Positions 1 through 9,185 of a DNA stretch of 60,249 nt are shown here, in pieces; position 1 is the first letter of the stretch; each line of letters opens with the position of its first letter. A program made the position numbers and the translations under genes. The stretch spans positions 1 to 60,249 of the forward strand of contig JACRCP010000392.1 in assembly GCA_016218965.1 (NCBI GenBank), in the 5' to 3' direction. The DNA comes from Deltaproteobacteria bacterium (GTDB taxonomy: Bacteria > Myxococcota > SpSt-1050 > JACRCP01). The notes under the pieces were generated by a model. That model saw only the letters and a program-made list of their open reading frames with translations, did not search any database and was not told where the DNA came from.

Positions 1-1
1 G

Positions 2-1276
2 AGCGGGAAGGCGATAGTGGAGATACTGCAGAACTTCGTGCCGAAGACGGCGGCCACGGTGACGCTGTCGGGCGGGGGCGTTGGGCCGAAGGTCTGTTTG
101 AACCCCGTGCGCGTGGATTTCGGGATCGTGAACATCGGCTCTGTGGAGAACCGGCAGGTCGAAGTGGCAAGCTGCGGGACGGCCGACCTGACGGTGAACT
201 CGATCAAACTGGGGTCCGGCACGAGCGCGGACTACAGTCTCGAGAACCCGCTGCCGACGGGGTTGTACAAGGCGGGGGAGAAGAAGCTCATGACGGTGGT
301 GTACAAGCCCTCGGACGAGGGTGAAGACAAGGGGCAGGTGGACGTTGCGAGTACGGACCCGATAACGCCGACGGCGGTCGCCAAGCTTTTGGGCTACGGG
401 ACGAACGCGACGACGAAGTGCGGGAACATAACGGGGCGGGTGTGCTCGCCCGGGGGAGAGATCTGGCTTGGCGGAGCCGAGGTGAGCGCCGGGGGGCGGC
501 AGACGACGACGGACCCCGACGGGTATTTCACGCTCACGTGCGTGCCGGTGGGGCAGCAGAACCTGCACATCGAGTCGGGGTCGTTTTCGACTGATGTGTC
601 GGTGCTCGTCGAGGACCGAAAGACGACGAACGTCTCGTCGCAGTGCGTGAAAGGCAACGCGAAGATCGCCGTCACGTGGGGCCAGTGGGACGCGGCCGAG
701 ACGATTCTCGACCGCCTCGGGATCACGTACGACAGGTTCGGGGCGGAGAACGCCGAGGACGACACCCGCGCGCTGCTTCGCGATTGGTCGCAGTTGTCGA
801 AGTACGACATTCTCATCATGAACTGCGGCGTGCAGGAGGACAGCCTGGGCGAGTCGCAGGTCCTCACGAACCTCAAGAACTTCGTCCAGGGCGGCGGGTC
901 CATCTTTGCCTCGGACTGGGCGCTGGAGTACTGCGACGACCCGTGGCCGGGGCACGCCACGTTCGGCAACGAGGGGAGCGCGCCCGGTCCCACCGTCTCG
1001 GCGCAGATCCTCGACCCGAACCTGCTTGCCATCATGCAGACCAACACGGTCAGGATCAGCGAGTGGTACACGCAGATCGAGTCGGCCAACGCGTCCAACA
1101 CGACGGTGCACATCCAGGCCGACACCAACCAGGACGGCTCGATGCGGCCGATGATCATCTCGTTCCAGCCGAACGGTTCTTCAGGGGGCCGGTGCCTGTA
1201 CACCAATTTCCATGACGCGGCGCAGAACGCGCAGGACATCGACAAGATGTTCTACTACCTGGTATTCCAACTGTAG
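2..1276 (+). CDS. Secreted/surface protein, 5'-truncated by the window: choice-of-anchor D (Ig-like) domain, carboxypeptidase-regulatory-like domain and a C-terminal GATase-like alpha/beta domain
   Basis: Frame open from base 2. VDFGIVNIGS...SCGTADLTV...YKP Ig-like motif; TTTDPDGYFTL..VPVG carboxypeptidase-regulatory-like motif; NCG and SDWA motifs in the C-terminal part. Confidence 0.65.
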   Translation, partial: SGKAIVEILQNFVPKTAATVTLSGGGVGPKVCLNPVRVDFGIVNIGSVENRQVEVASCGTADLTVNSIKLGSGTSADYSLENPLPTGLYKAGEKKLMTVVYKPSDEGEDKGQVDVASTDPITPTAVAKLLGYGTNATTKCGNITGRVCSPGGEIWLGGAEVSAGGRQTTTDPDGYFTLTCVPVGQQNLHIESGSFSTDVSVLVEDRKTTNVSSQCVKGNAKIAVTWGQWDAAETILDRLGITYDRFGAENAEDDTRALLRDWSQLSKYDILIMNCGVQEDSLGESQVLTNLKNFVQGGGSIFASDWALEYCDDPWPGHATFGNEGSAPGPTVSAQILDPNLLAIMQTNTVRISEWYTQIESANASNTTVHIQADTNQDGSMRPMIISFQPNGSSGGRCLYTNFHDAAQNAQDIDKMFYYLVFQL

Positions 1277-1298
1277 CTGGCGAGGGAGGAGCCGCCGA

Positions 1299-2144
1299 GT
1301 GAAAATAATCTTCTGGGGCACGAGGGGATCGATCCCGTCGCCGGGGAGAAACACGGCCGTCTTCGGCGGGAACACACCCTGCGTCGAGGTCATCTTCGAA
1401 GACGGGACCGACGTGATCATAGACGGCGGGACGGGCATACGCGAGCTGGGTCACCGCATGCTTTCCGAGCAGCGCAGGGCCGACTCGTTCCTGATCTTCA
1501 GTCACTATCACTGGGACCACATCCAGGGTCTGCCGTTCTTCGTGCCGAGCTTCGTCAAGGGAAACAAGATCCGCGTGTGCGGCGTCCCGGGTCCCGCGGC
1601 CCACGTCCAGGCGATCCTGTCGAAACAGATGGAACAGCCGTTCTTCCCCGTCCCGATAGACATCATGTACCCGATGCTCGATTTCTTCGACCTGCCTTCT
1701 GACAAGCTGGTTCTCGGAACGGGTACGATCACGTACCTCCGGACGAACCACCCGGACCACTGCTGCGCCTTCAAGTTCGAGGAGGGAGGGCGGACGTTCG
1801 TGTACTTCACCGACAACGAGCTGTTTCCGCCCTATGCCCCGCTCACGCCGCGGGCGGGCATGGTCGCTTTCATCAGGGAAACCGACCTGCTCCTCCATGA
1901 CTCGCAGTTTGTCAAGGCCGAGCTCCCGAGCCGCCTTGGCTGGGGCCACTCGACCAACATCGATTCGGTGGACTTCGCGGCCGAAGGGGCGGTCCGAGAG
2001 CTGCTCCTCTACCACCACGACCCGGCGAGGACCGACGACCAGGTCCGCGCCATTGAGGCCGAGGCGAAGGCCTATGCCGCCGGGCATGCCCCGTCCCTCA
2101 AGGTGTCGGCGTGCGTGGAGGGGTCCGAGGTCGTGCTGCGCTGA
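1299..2144 (+). CDS. MBL-fold metallo-hydrolase (RNase Z / cyclic-nucleotide phosphodiesterase-like)
   Basis: GTG start after GGAGGA (1285-1290); WGTRGS, GGNTPC, SHYHWDHIQG, WGHS and HHDP motifs. Confidence 0.9.
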   Translation: MKIIFWGTRGSIPSPGRNTAVFGGNTPCVEVIFEDGTDVIIDGGTGIRELGHRMLSEQRRADSFLIFSHYHWDHIQGLPFFVPSFVKGNKIRVCGVPGPAAHVQAILSKQMEQPFFPVPIDIMYPMLDFFDLPSDKLVLGTGTITYLRTNHPDHCCAFKFEEGGRTFVYFTDNELFPPYAPLTPRAGMVAFIRETDLLLHDSQFVKAELPSRLGWGHSTNIDSVDFAAEGAVRELLLYHHDPARTDDQVRAIEAEAKAYAAGHAPSLKVSACVEGSEVVLR

Positions 2145-2160
2145 CGGAGGCGCGAGGCAT

Positions 2161-2217
2161 CCGCCTTCGCCAAGGCTACGGCGGACAAGCGAGGCGTGAG
2201 GCGTGAGGCGGGAGGCG
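2161..2217. repeat. Short palindromic repeat CCGCCTTCGCCAAGGCTACGGCGG followed by heptamer tandem GGCGTGA/GGCGGGA
   Basis: Hairpin-forming sequence; the heptamer run recurs at 33874-33907. Confidence 0.7.
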
Positions 2218-2231
2218 CAGCAACCGGACCT

Positions 2232-2441
2232 GGCATTGAACCGCAGAGACCGCAGAGAACGCAGAGAACGCAGAGGGTTTTGCGAGGCGGCGGCGGAAAC
2301 GGCATTTGAACCACAGAGTACACAGAGTCCGCAGAGTTTTGCCGGCCCTTCGGAAACCGAAAACCTCTCTCCGTGATCTCTGTGGCCTCTGTGGTTGAAA
2401 AAGAAAACCTGTCCTCCGCGGCCTCCGCACTCTCAGCGGTG
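2232..2441. repeat. Nested inverted repeats built from C(A/G)CAGAG / CTCTG(T/C)G units
   Basis: GAACCGCAGAG... (2238-2275) and GAACCACAGAG... (2308-2336) pair with CTCTGTGGCCTCTGTGGTTG (to 2397) and CTCCGCGGCCTCCGCACTCTCAGCGGTG (2414-2441). Confidence 0.85.
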
Positions 2442-3797
2442 AAATTCCTGGTGGTGGCCCTGCTCGCTTGCGCCGCGTGGTGCGCGAGTCAGCTGCCGGC
2501 GCAGGCGCAGGGGCTTCGGCTGGGGAGCGAGTCTGCGTTTCGGTATGGCGACTGGCCGTCTTACCGCGGCGGGGGAGCGGTCAACACGGTGTTTGTCGAG
2601 GACCTGACGCTCGACAACACGGCGTGCGACGACTGCCGGCTCACGCTCCAGGCCGGCCTGAGACTCGAAGCCAACCCGGGGATCGACGAGCAGGAGGCGG
2701 CGTCATACCCGGATCTCGAACGGGCCGCGGCGCGCCTGCATTTCGCGTATCTCGATTGGCGGCCCACGGGCGGAATCCAGCTCCGCGCCGGGCGGATGCT
2801 GACGTTCGATCCCGACGAGTTCATGTCGTTTGACGGCGTGTCGCTCAAGCTCCTGACGTCCCGGAAACTGGGGATCGAGGCCTCTTTTGGAATGGCGGTG
2901 CGCGAGCGGTGGCCTTTGGGCTTTGAGGCGCCCGCGTTCGACGGGCTCTATTTCGAGGACCGCCCCATGACGCTCCTCCGAACGGGTCTCGTCGCCGAGG
3001 GCGCCGGATGGTTTTCGGGCCGGGTCTTCTACCGCCGGGCCTTCGACGGGCAGGTCCAGAAGGACGACGTCGGGACGTCCGTGCACCTCGTCCCTTTCCC
3101 GTTCCTCTCGGCCGCGTTCTCGGCCCAATACAGCATGGTTGTGCAAAGGCTCGAATACGTCATGGCCGACGGCGCCGTGCCGCTGGGCCCCTTTTCGGCG
3201 ACCGCCGGCTACGCGCGCCGCAGTCCCACATTTGCGGGGTCCTCAATATTCAACTACTTCAACACCAGCCCGTACGACGAGGCGCACGCGGGGGTGTCGT
3301 GGTCGTCGGGGGCGTGGAAGGAAGTGTCGCTCAGGTACCGCTTCCGCGTCCTTCGGTCCGACGGGGTCTATCTGGGCGTCTTGTACCCGAGCGGCGGGAG
3401 GGTCATCGTGGGAAAGGCGGCGGATCTGGGCGGCTACGCGTTCGACCAAGGCACGGACCTTGCGGTCCGGCGGCGCATCACGGGCCGGGTCGAAGGCGGC
3501 ATTGAGACGTCGTATGCCGAGGGCGACGGCGGGCGAAGGACAACGGGGGTCGTCGACCTCCGCTATCGTGCCAAGCCTTGGCTCGTCCTGTCGTGTTCGG
3601 GGGGCGGCTCGAAGTTCGCCGACGACTCGCCGCGCACGTATGAGGGGGGCGCCGTAGTCGCGGGGGCGGGGGCCGATTTTTCGGTCGCCGATCATACGAC
3701 GTTTTCGCTGGCCTTGGACGAGACGTGGGTGAGTTTTTACGGGTGGAACGTCTACGCGACGGCCGGCGTTCGCACCGGGTTTGAACTTTGGAAATGA
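2439..3797 (+). CDS. Predicted outer-membrane beta-barrel protein (porin-like); start uncertain
   Basis: Signal peptide ending AQA; alternating amphipathic strands; LHFAYLDW...LRAGR...FDG motif; aromatic residues near the C-terminus (GVRTGFELWK). Confidence 0.7.
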   Translation: MKFLVVALLACAAWCASQLPAQAQGLRLGSESAFRYGDWPSYRGGGAVNTVFVEDLTLDNTACDDCRLTLQAGLRLEANPGIDEQEAASYPDLERAAARLHFAYLDWRPTGGIQLRAGRMLTFDPDEFMSFDGVSLKLLTSRKLGIEASFGMAVRERWPLGFEAPAFDGLYFEDRPMTLLRTGLVAEGAGWFSGRVFYRRAFDGQVQKDDVGTSVHLVPFPFLSAAFSAQYSMVVQRLEYVMADGAVPLGPFSATAGYARRSPTFAGSSIFNYFNTSPYDEAHAGVSWSSGAWKEVSLRYRFRVLRSDGVYLGVLYPSGGRVIVGKAADLGGYAFDQGTDLAVRRRITGRVEGGIETSYAEGDGGRRTTGVVDLRYRAKPWLVLSCSGGGSKFADDSPRTYEGGAVVAGAGADFSVADHTTFSLALDETWVSFYGWNVYATAGVRTGFELWK

Positions 3798-4960
3798 CCG
3801 AAAGAAACACAACACGTATTGAACCGCAGAGAACGTCTCCCTCCGTGACCTCTGTGGCCTCTGTGGCAAAAAAAATCCTGTTTGTGGTTTTGCCGCTCTG
3901 TGTCCCCTGTGGCGGGGCCTTGACCGCGTCCTTGTTCTGGCCGGTTTCGGCTCTTGCCACGGACCTCCACTCGGCGCACAAGGACGCCAAGGGCGGGTGC
4001 GCGGCGTGCCACGTGGAGACGGCCAGGGAGGGCGAGTGCGGGCCTGTCCCGGGGGAATGGAAGGAGATCACGCAGGAAACCTGCACGCCGTGCCACAAGG
4101 CGCCGCCGGCGCCGCGGACCGAATCCGGGAAGACGCGATCCGGCATCAAGTTCGGCCACGGCGCGCACAAAGGCGCCGCCGGGCCATGCGGGTCGTGTCA
4201 CGAAGTCCGCGAAGGCGTGATGACCATGACGGGATCGATGTACGCGTGCGTGACCTGTCACGAGGCCGGGGGTCGCAGGGTGGCGTGCGGAATCTGTCAT
4301 GTCACGAATCCGGGGGCCGTCACCGCAACGGCGATCGGGCCGCCGGCCGCGCTCAGGTCGCTCCTTCCGAAGGCCGCCATGCCGGGCCTCGGACACGGGC
4401 CGGGATGGAAGCGGGAACACGGGAAGGTGGCCGTGGCGCGGGCTTCCACCTGCCGCGAATGCCACGACGACAGGAAGTGCGCCTCGTGCCACGCGGGGAC
4501 GAGCCGCAGGCTCGTCTACCATCCGGGCGACTGGACGGCGGTCCACGGAATCGCCGCCAAGAAGAAGGCCACGGACTGCGGGGCGTGCCACGCCTACACG
4601 CGGTTCTGCATCGGGTGCCATCAGCGGACGGGCGCCGCGGCGGGCGGCGGGCCGGGCGTACAGACACGGACGGCCCATCCCGCAGGATGGGGCTCGACGG
4701 TCCGGACGCCGTCGCACCATTCATTCGCGGCGCAAAAGGACATTTCTTCGTGTGCGTCGTGCCACGAGGAGGGGTCCTGCACCAGGTGCCACGCCACGTC
4801 GGGGAAGGGCGGCAGGGGCCACAATCCGCACCCCGCGGGCTTTGCGGCCGATTGCGGATCGTATCTTTCCCGCAACGAAGACGCGTGCTTCAAGTGCCAC
4901 GAGCGCAAGGAACTCAAGAAGAAGTGCCTCCCGGGGGTGCAGATATTGCCGCCGCGGTAG
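3794..4960 (+). CDS. Multiheme cytochrome c with 12 CxxCH motifs
   Basis: Counted CAACH, CTPCH, CGSCH, CVTCH, CGICH, CRECH, CASCH, CGACH, CIGCH, CASCH, CTRCH, CFKCH. ATG overlaps the upstream stop (ATGA); alternative GTG at 3863. Hydrophobic leader present. Confidence 0.92.
   Translation: MTERNTTRIEPQRTSPSVTSVASVAKKILFVVLPLCVPCGGALTASLFWPVSALATDLHSAHKDAKGGCAACHVETAREGECGPVPGEWKEITQETCTPCHKAPPAPRTESGKTRSGIKFGHGAHKGAAGPCGSCHEVREGVMTMTGSMYACVTCHEAGGRRVACGICHVTNPGAVTATAIGPPAALRSLLPKAAMPGLGHGPGWKREHGKVAVARASTCRECHDDRKCASCHAGTSRRLVYHPGDWTAVHGIAAKKKATDCGACHAYTRFCIGCHQRTGAAAGGGPGVQTRTAHPAGWGSTVRTPSHHSFAAQKDISSCASCHEEGSCTRCHATSGKGGRGHNPHPAGFAADCGSYLSRNEDACFKCHERKELKKKCLPGVQILPPR
3818..3913. repeat. 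Second copy of the CACAGAG/CTCTGTG repeat family, inside the cytochrome 5' region
   Basis: ATTGAACCGCAGAG...CTCCGTGACCTCTGTGGCCTCTGTGG matches the 2232-2397 copy. Confidence 0.8.
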
Positions 4961-5053
4961 CTTTGGAGTGCGCAAGCTTGCTTTTTGCCCGCGGGTTGGT
5001 GTAGACAGGAGACAACCGAAGGGTCGTCGAGTGCATGGAACAGGGGGTGTGCC

Positions 5054-5971
5054 ATGAAGTCGATGGATGAAGTGGTCCCGTTCTGGTTCGAATACGGGAT
5101 GGACCTGTTTTGCCTTCTCCTCAAGGGCGAGATCCTCGCAGGGAAAAGGCTCTCTCCCGCCGACAAGGTCGCCCCGCCGCCCAAGTCGGGGTTCGCGGCC
5201 GGCGCAAAGTTCATCAGCGGCGTCAGGAGCATCCCGCCCGACATCATTGACATGTCAATCATCGAGCTCTCCGCGTGTTTCGAGAAGCAGGGCAGGCGGC
5301 TCGACATAGGCCGGGACCGCGAGTGCCAACTCGTGCTCGACCACCCCACGGTATCGGCGCGGCACGCCTGCATTGAGTCCGAGGGACAGAACAATCGGTG
5401 GTTGACGGACCTGCGCTCGGAGTTCGGGACGTTCGTCAACAGCCAGCCGCTGCCGCCCCACATCAAGACCAATCTCAATCTGAACGACTCGGTCTCGTTC
5501 GGCGCCTACAAATGGTATCTCCGGGACTGGACATGGGCGTATCAGTCCCTCAACACGCGCCTGCGGCGGCCCGCCAAGGACGAGAGTTTCGTTCGCCTGA
5601 TAGTCCGTTACCTCGACGGCAAGCTCATCAAGCGGGTCGCCAGGGCATACCAATTCTCCGGCGACAGGATCTCGATTTCGAACCTGCTCACGGGGAAGGA
5701 CGAGGTTTTTTCGATCAACAACCTGAAGGCCGTCTTTTTCGTGAAGAACCTGATCGGCAATCCGGACAGGGCCGACAAGCAGGGATTCGTCCAGGCGTCG
5801 GCGGGGGAGAACATGTTCGTCGAGTTCAACGACAACGAATGCATGTGGGGGGCGTGCGAGAACTACAACCCCAATTCGCTGGGTTTTTTCATCAAGCCCT
5901 GCGACGAGGACTGCAACAACCTGATGGTCTACATCGACCGCCGGGCGACGAAGTACGTCCTCAGCGGGTAG
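5054..5971 (+). CDS. FHA-domain protein fused to a DUF6982-like C-terminal domain
   Basis: FHA motifs IGR, HPTVSARHA and DLRSEFGTFVN; C-terminal LIVRYLDG...LKAVFFVKNL.GN pattern recalled as DUF6982-like. Confidence 0.75.
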   Translation: MKSMDEVVPFWFEYGMDLFCLLLKGEILAGKRLSPADKVAPPPKSGFAAGAKFISGVRSIPPDIIDMSIIELSACFEKQGRRLDIGRDRECQLVLDHPTVSARHACIESEGQNNRWLTDLRSEFGTFVNSQPLPPHIKTNLNLNDSVSFGAYKWYLRDWTWAYQSLNTRLRRPAKDESFVRLIVRYLDGKLIKRVARAYQFSGDRISISNLLTGKDEVFSINNLKAVFFVKNLIGNPDRADKQGFVQASAGENMFVEFNDNECMWGACENYNPNSLGFFIKPCDEDCNNLMVYIDRRATKYVLSG

Positions 5972-6008
5972 TGGACACGGCGCGGGTGGCGGCGGATAAT
6001 GGGCGGGC

Positions 6009-8255
6009 ATGCTGGCCGCCGTTGTCAAGGACAAGTTGTTCCGCGCCCTGCTGATCGCGTTCGCGGTATTCTCGGGGGCGCTCTGCTTCGTGCCGCTCTT
6101 TGACGTTTTGGGCTACGAGTTCTCGGTTTCCATCGCGATCCTGCTGTTTCTCTCAGGCGGGGTGCTTGTGGCGGTTGTCGGCCGCCAGGTCCCGGTCCCC
6201 GGTCACCCGTCTCCGGTCCCCGGTCTTCCGTCAGTGCCTTTTGCCGCGGTTGCGGCGCTCCTTGCGGTGCCGCTCGCCATCATGTCGGCGAACGCCGTCC
6301 GCGTGACGAACTGCTCGTGGGGCGACGGGATCGGTTTCTACCTTCTCATCCCCGGCGTGACCGGGTTCATCCTTGCGGGGTACACCGCGCTCGTTTCGTC
6401 GCTCCGGCCGCGGCGGTGGGCGGCCGTGCTGTTGTGGTACGCCGCGGGCGGTCTTGAAATCGCGGTGCGGCTCCGCGAGCTTTACCTCGAGCCGCAGACC
6501 TTTTTCTTCAGCCACGTCATTGGCTGGTTTCCCGGCCCCATCTACGACGAGGCGCTCGAGGTCCCGTTTTCGCTTTTCGCCTTCCGGACGGGGGGCATGT
6601 GCATCGGCCTCGTTTTCCTCGGGACGGCGCTCCTCGCCCGCGCGCGCATGCGGTCGCCCGCCGGCGTCGTCTTGTGCGCCGGCGCGGCGCTCGCGTTCGT
6701 CTACATGAACGCCCGGGGGGAGGACCTGCTTTTCAAGACCGGCCGCGGGAGGATCGTGCGCGAGCTGGAGGGGCATCGCAGAACGGCGCGTTTCGACATC
6801 AGGCACTACCGCGATTCGTACGTCAAGAAGGAGATCGGGGCCATCGCGGCCGCGCACGAGTTCCATCTGGCCGACGTCGAAAGGGTGCTGGGGGTGCGCA
6901 CCGGGGGCCGCATCACGTCGTATCTGTTCAAGAACGCGGGCGACAAGAAGGTCCTCACAGGTTCCGGAGGGACGAACATCGCCAAGCCGTGGCTGGGCGA
7001 GGTCTACGTAAACGCCGAGACGTTTCCGTACCCGACGCTCAGGCACGAGATCGCGCACGTCGTGCTGGGAAGGCTTTCGGAGACGGTGCTTGCGATTCCC
7101 GGCAGGCTGGGCGGGCTGATGCCCTGTCTGGGACTTGTCGAGGGGGCGGCGGTGGCGCTCGAGGGGGAGGGCGCGGACCTCACCAGACACCAGGCGGCAA
7201 AGCTGCTTCTTCTGGAGGGCCTGCTTCCGGACATGCAAGAGGTGTTTTCTGCGTCGAAGTTCTACACCATCCCTATGCGGCGCGCGTACACCGCCGCGGG
7301 GAGCCTGATGCTCTGGCTTCTGGAGACGCGCGGGCCGGGGAAGTTCGTCGAAGCGTATCGCAGCGGCGATCTTCCGGCGGCATACGGCGCGCCGCTCCAA
7401 GTGATTGTCGCGGAGTGGAAGGAATTCCTGGGCACAGTGCAGCTTTCCGAGGCCGAACGGGCGTTCTGGGCATCGCCATACCGCAAGCCGTCGATATTCG
7501 GTCAGGTCTGCGCACACGAGGCGGCGGCCTTGAGGCTCGAGGCGGCCATAGAGGGGAACAAGGGAAGGCACCGGGCGGCCGCCGAAGCCTTCATCTCGCT
7601 ATGCGAGAGGGCGTGCACGGATTCCGACAGGAAGTCCATGGCCGACCAGCTTCTGAAAGCCGGCGAAACCGAGGCCGCGAGGCAGGTCCTGCGCAACTTG
7701 CTCAAGAACGGCGGGAACGACTATTGGCTCCGGGCCGACACGCTGGACGCCCTGGGCATGCTCGCGTGGGAGGAAGGGAGGATTGACGAGGCGCGGAAGT
7801 TTTTCGGGGACCTCGCCGCGATGCACCTGGATCTTTCGCGCCGGCGTTCGGCCGATCTTCGGGCCGACGCGCTTGGCGACCCGGCGCTCGCCGGCGCGAT
7901 GCTGGGGTTCTTTTCGGACGATTCCGACTCGGCGGTCCGGCCGGTCGTGCTCAGCGACGTCCTGAAGCAGTTCCCGGAGTACGACACGGCAAGGTACCTG
8001 CTGGGCCGCCACCTGTTCAACCGCGGCGAGTTCGCCCGCGCCGCCGAGCACCTTGCGCAGGCCGGGCGCTTCACGTCCGACGCGGTGGCGCGGGAGAATC
8101 TCAAGCTGCTGGGACTGAGTCTTCTCAACTCCGGTCGACCCGCCGAAGCGCGGGCGGTCTTCGACGAGGCGGCGAAGGGGGGCTCGCCCGCCTGGCAGGC
8201 GCATTGCGGTTTCCTCGGGCGGATGGCGAAATCGGAGGTGTTCGGGGCGAAATGA
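6009..8255 (+). CDS. Membrane protein with HExxH zinc-peptidase (MA-like) domain and C-terminal TPR repeats
   Basis: About 7 N-terminal hydrophobic segments; RHEIAH followed by LVEGAA; TPR-like helices such as ARYLLGRHLFNRGEF. Confidence 0.75.
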   Translation: MLAAVVKDKLFRALLIAFAVFSGALCFVPLFDVLGYEFSVSIAILLFLSGGVLVAVVGRQVPVPGHPSPVPGLPSVPFAAVAALLAVPLAIMSANAVRVTNCSWGDGIGFYLLIPGVTGFILAGYTALVSSLRPRRWAAVLLWYAAGGLEIAVRLRELYLEPQTFFFSHVIGWFPGPIYDEALEVPFSLFAFRTGGMCIGLVFLGTALLARARMRSPAGVVLCAGAALAFVYMNARGEDLLFKTGRGRIVRELEGHRRTARFDIRHYRDSYVKKEIGAIAAAHEFHLADVERVLGVRTGGRITSYLFKNAGDKKVLTGSGGTNIAKPWLGEVYVNAETFPYPTLRHEIAHVVLGRLSETVLAIPGRLGGLMPCLGLVEGAAVALEGEGADLTRHQAAKLLLLEGLLPDMQEVFSASKFYTIPMRRAYTAAGSLMLWLLETRGPGKFVEAYRSGDLPAAYGAPLQVIVAEWKEFLGTVQLSEAERAFWASPYRKPSIFGQVCAHEAAALRLEAAIEGNKGRHRAAAEAFISLCERACTDSDRKSMADQLLKAGETEAARQVLRNLLKNGGNDYWLRADTLDALGMLAWEEGRIDEARKFFGDLAAMHLDLSRRRSADLRADALGDPALAGAMLGFFSDDSDSAVRPVVLSDVLKQFPEYDTARYLLGRHLFNRGEFARAAEHLAQAGRFTSDAVARENLKLLGLSLLNSGRPAEARAVFDEAAKGGSPAWQAHCGFLGRMAKSEVFGAK

Positions 8256-9019
8256 TTCCCGGCCCCGCCACGCCAAGGCTTTTCTTCACGCTCGGGCGCC
8301 TGGCTCGCTGGGCCCTGATTGCGCTACTCCTCCCGCCGACGGCGTTTGTTGGGTGGCTCTGGCTTTCGATGCCCGACGTGACGGAATATGCGTCGAAGTT
8401 CCCAGAAAGGACCTCGCTCATGCGCCACCGTGAGGCCGAATACGCCCGGAAAAAGGAAAAGGTCAAGACGTCGTACCGGCCGGTGCGTCTCCGGGCAATC
8501 TCACCGAACCTCCGGGCGGCAGTCATCGCGTCGGAGGACGCAAACTTCTACGGGCACAGAGGTTTCGATTTCGAGGGGATTTCCGAGGCGCTGGAGAAGG
8601 ATGTTGACGCCGGAAAGCCGCTCCGCGGCGGGAGCACGATCACGCAGCAGCTTGCCAAGAACCTGTATCTGACGCCGAAGAAAAGCATCATCCGAAAGGT
8701 TCGAGAGGCGGCGATCGCAAAAAGGCTTGAGGAAAAGCTCTCGAAGGATCGCATTCTCGAACTGTACCTGAACGTCGCGGAGTGGGGGAGGGGGATCTAC
8801 GGCTGCGAGGCCGCGTCGCGGCACTGGTTTTCGAAAACCTGCGTGGACCTGTCGCCGCGCGAGGCGGCGCTTCTGGCGGCGGCCCTTCCGGCGCCCCGGA
8901 AGTTCAACCCCCAAAAGAAGAACTCCCGCGCGTGGCGCAGGCACGAGAAGATCATCGGCTGGCTGTGCCTCGGCAGGAAGATACCGGAGAGCGAGTGCGG
9001 AGGCATGACTGACGACTGA
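8252..9019 (+). CDS. mtgA: Monofunctional biosynthetic peptidoglycan transglycosylase
   Basis: SEDANFYGHRGFD, GGSTITQQLAKNLY, RKVRE, KDRILELYLN and EWG motifs; N-terminal TM helix; ATGA overlap. Confidence 0.92.
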   Translation: MIPGPATPRLFFTLGRLARWALIALLLPPTAFVGWLWLSMPDVTEYASKFPERTSLMRHREAEYARKKEKVKTSYRPVRLRAISPNLRAAVIASEDANFYGHRGFDFEGISEALEKDVDAGKPLRGGSTITQQLAKNLYLTPKKSIIRKVREAAIAKRLEEKLSKDRILELYLNVAEWGRGIYGCEAASRHWFSKTCVDLSPREAALLAAALPAPRKFNPQKKNSRAWRRHEKIIGWLCLGRKIPESECGGMTDD

Positions 9020-9185
9020 CCGACACCGGCGTGGCCGGGGCGCTGTACATGCCCTGATCCACTCTACTCGGGTCCGTCTACCCGCCAACCGGCTCGCGAC
9101 GAAACCGGAGATGACCGGCGTAGTGGCGCGCCCACCACTTGAAGAAGTCGCCCCAGACCGCCCGCGGAATGCTCCCGCCGGCATG

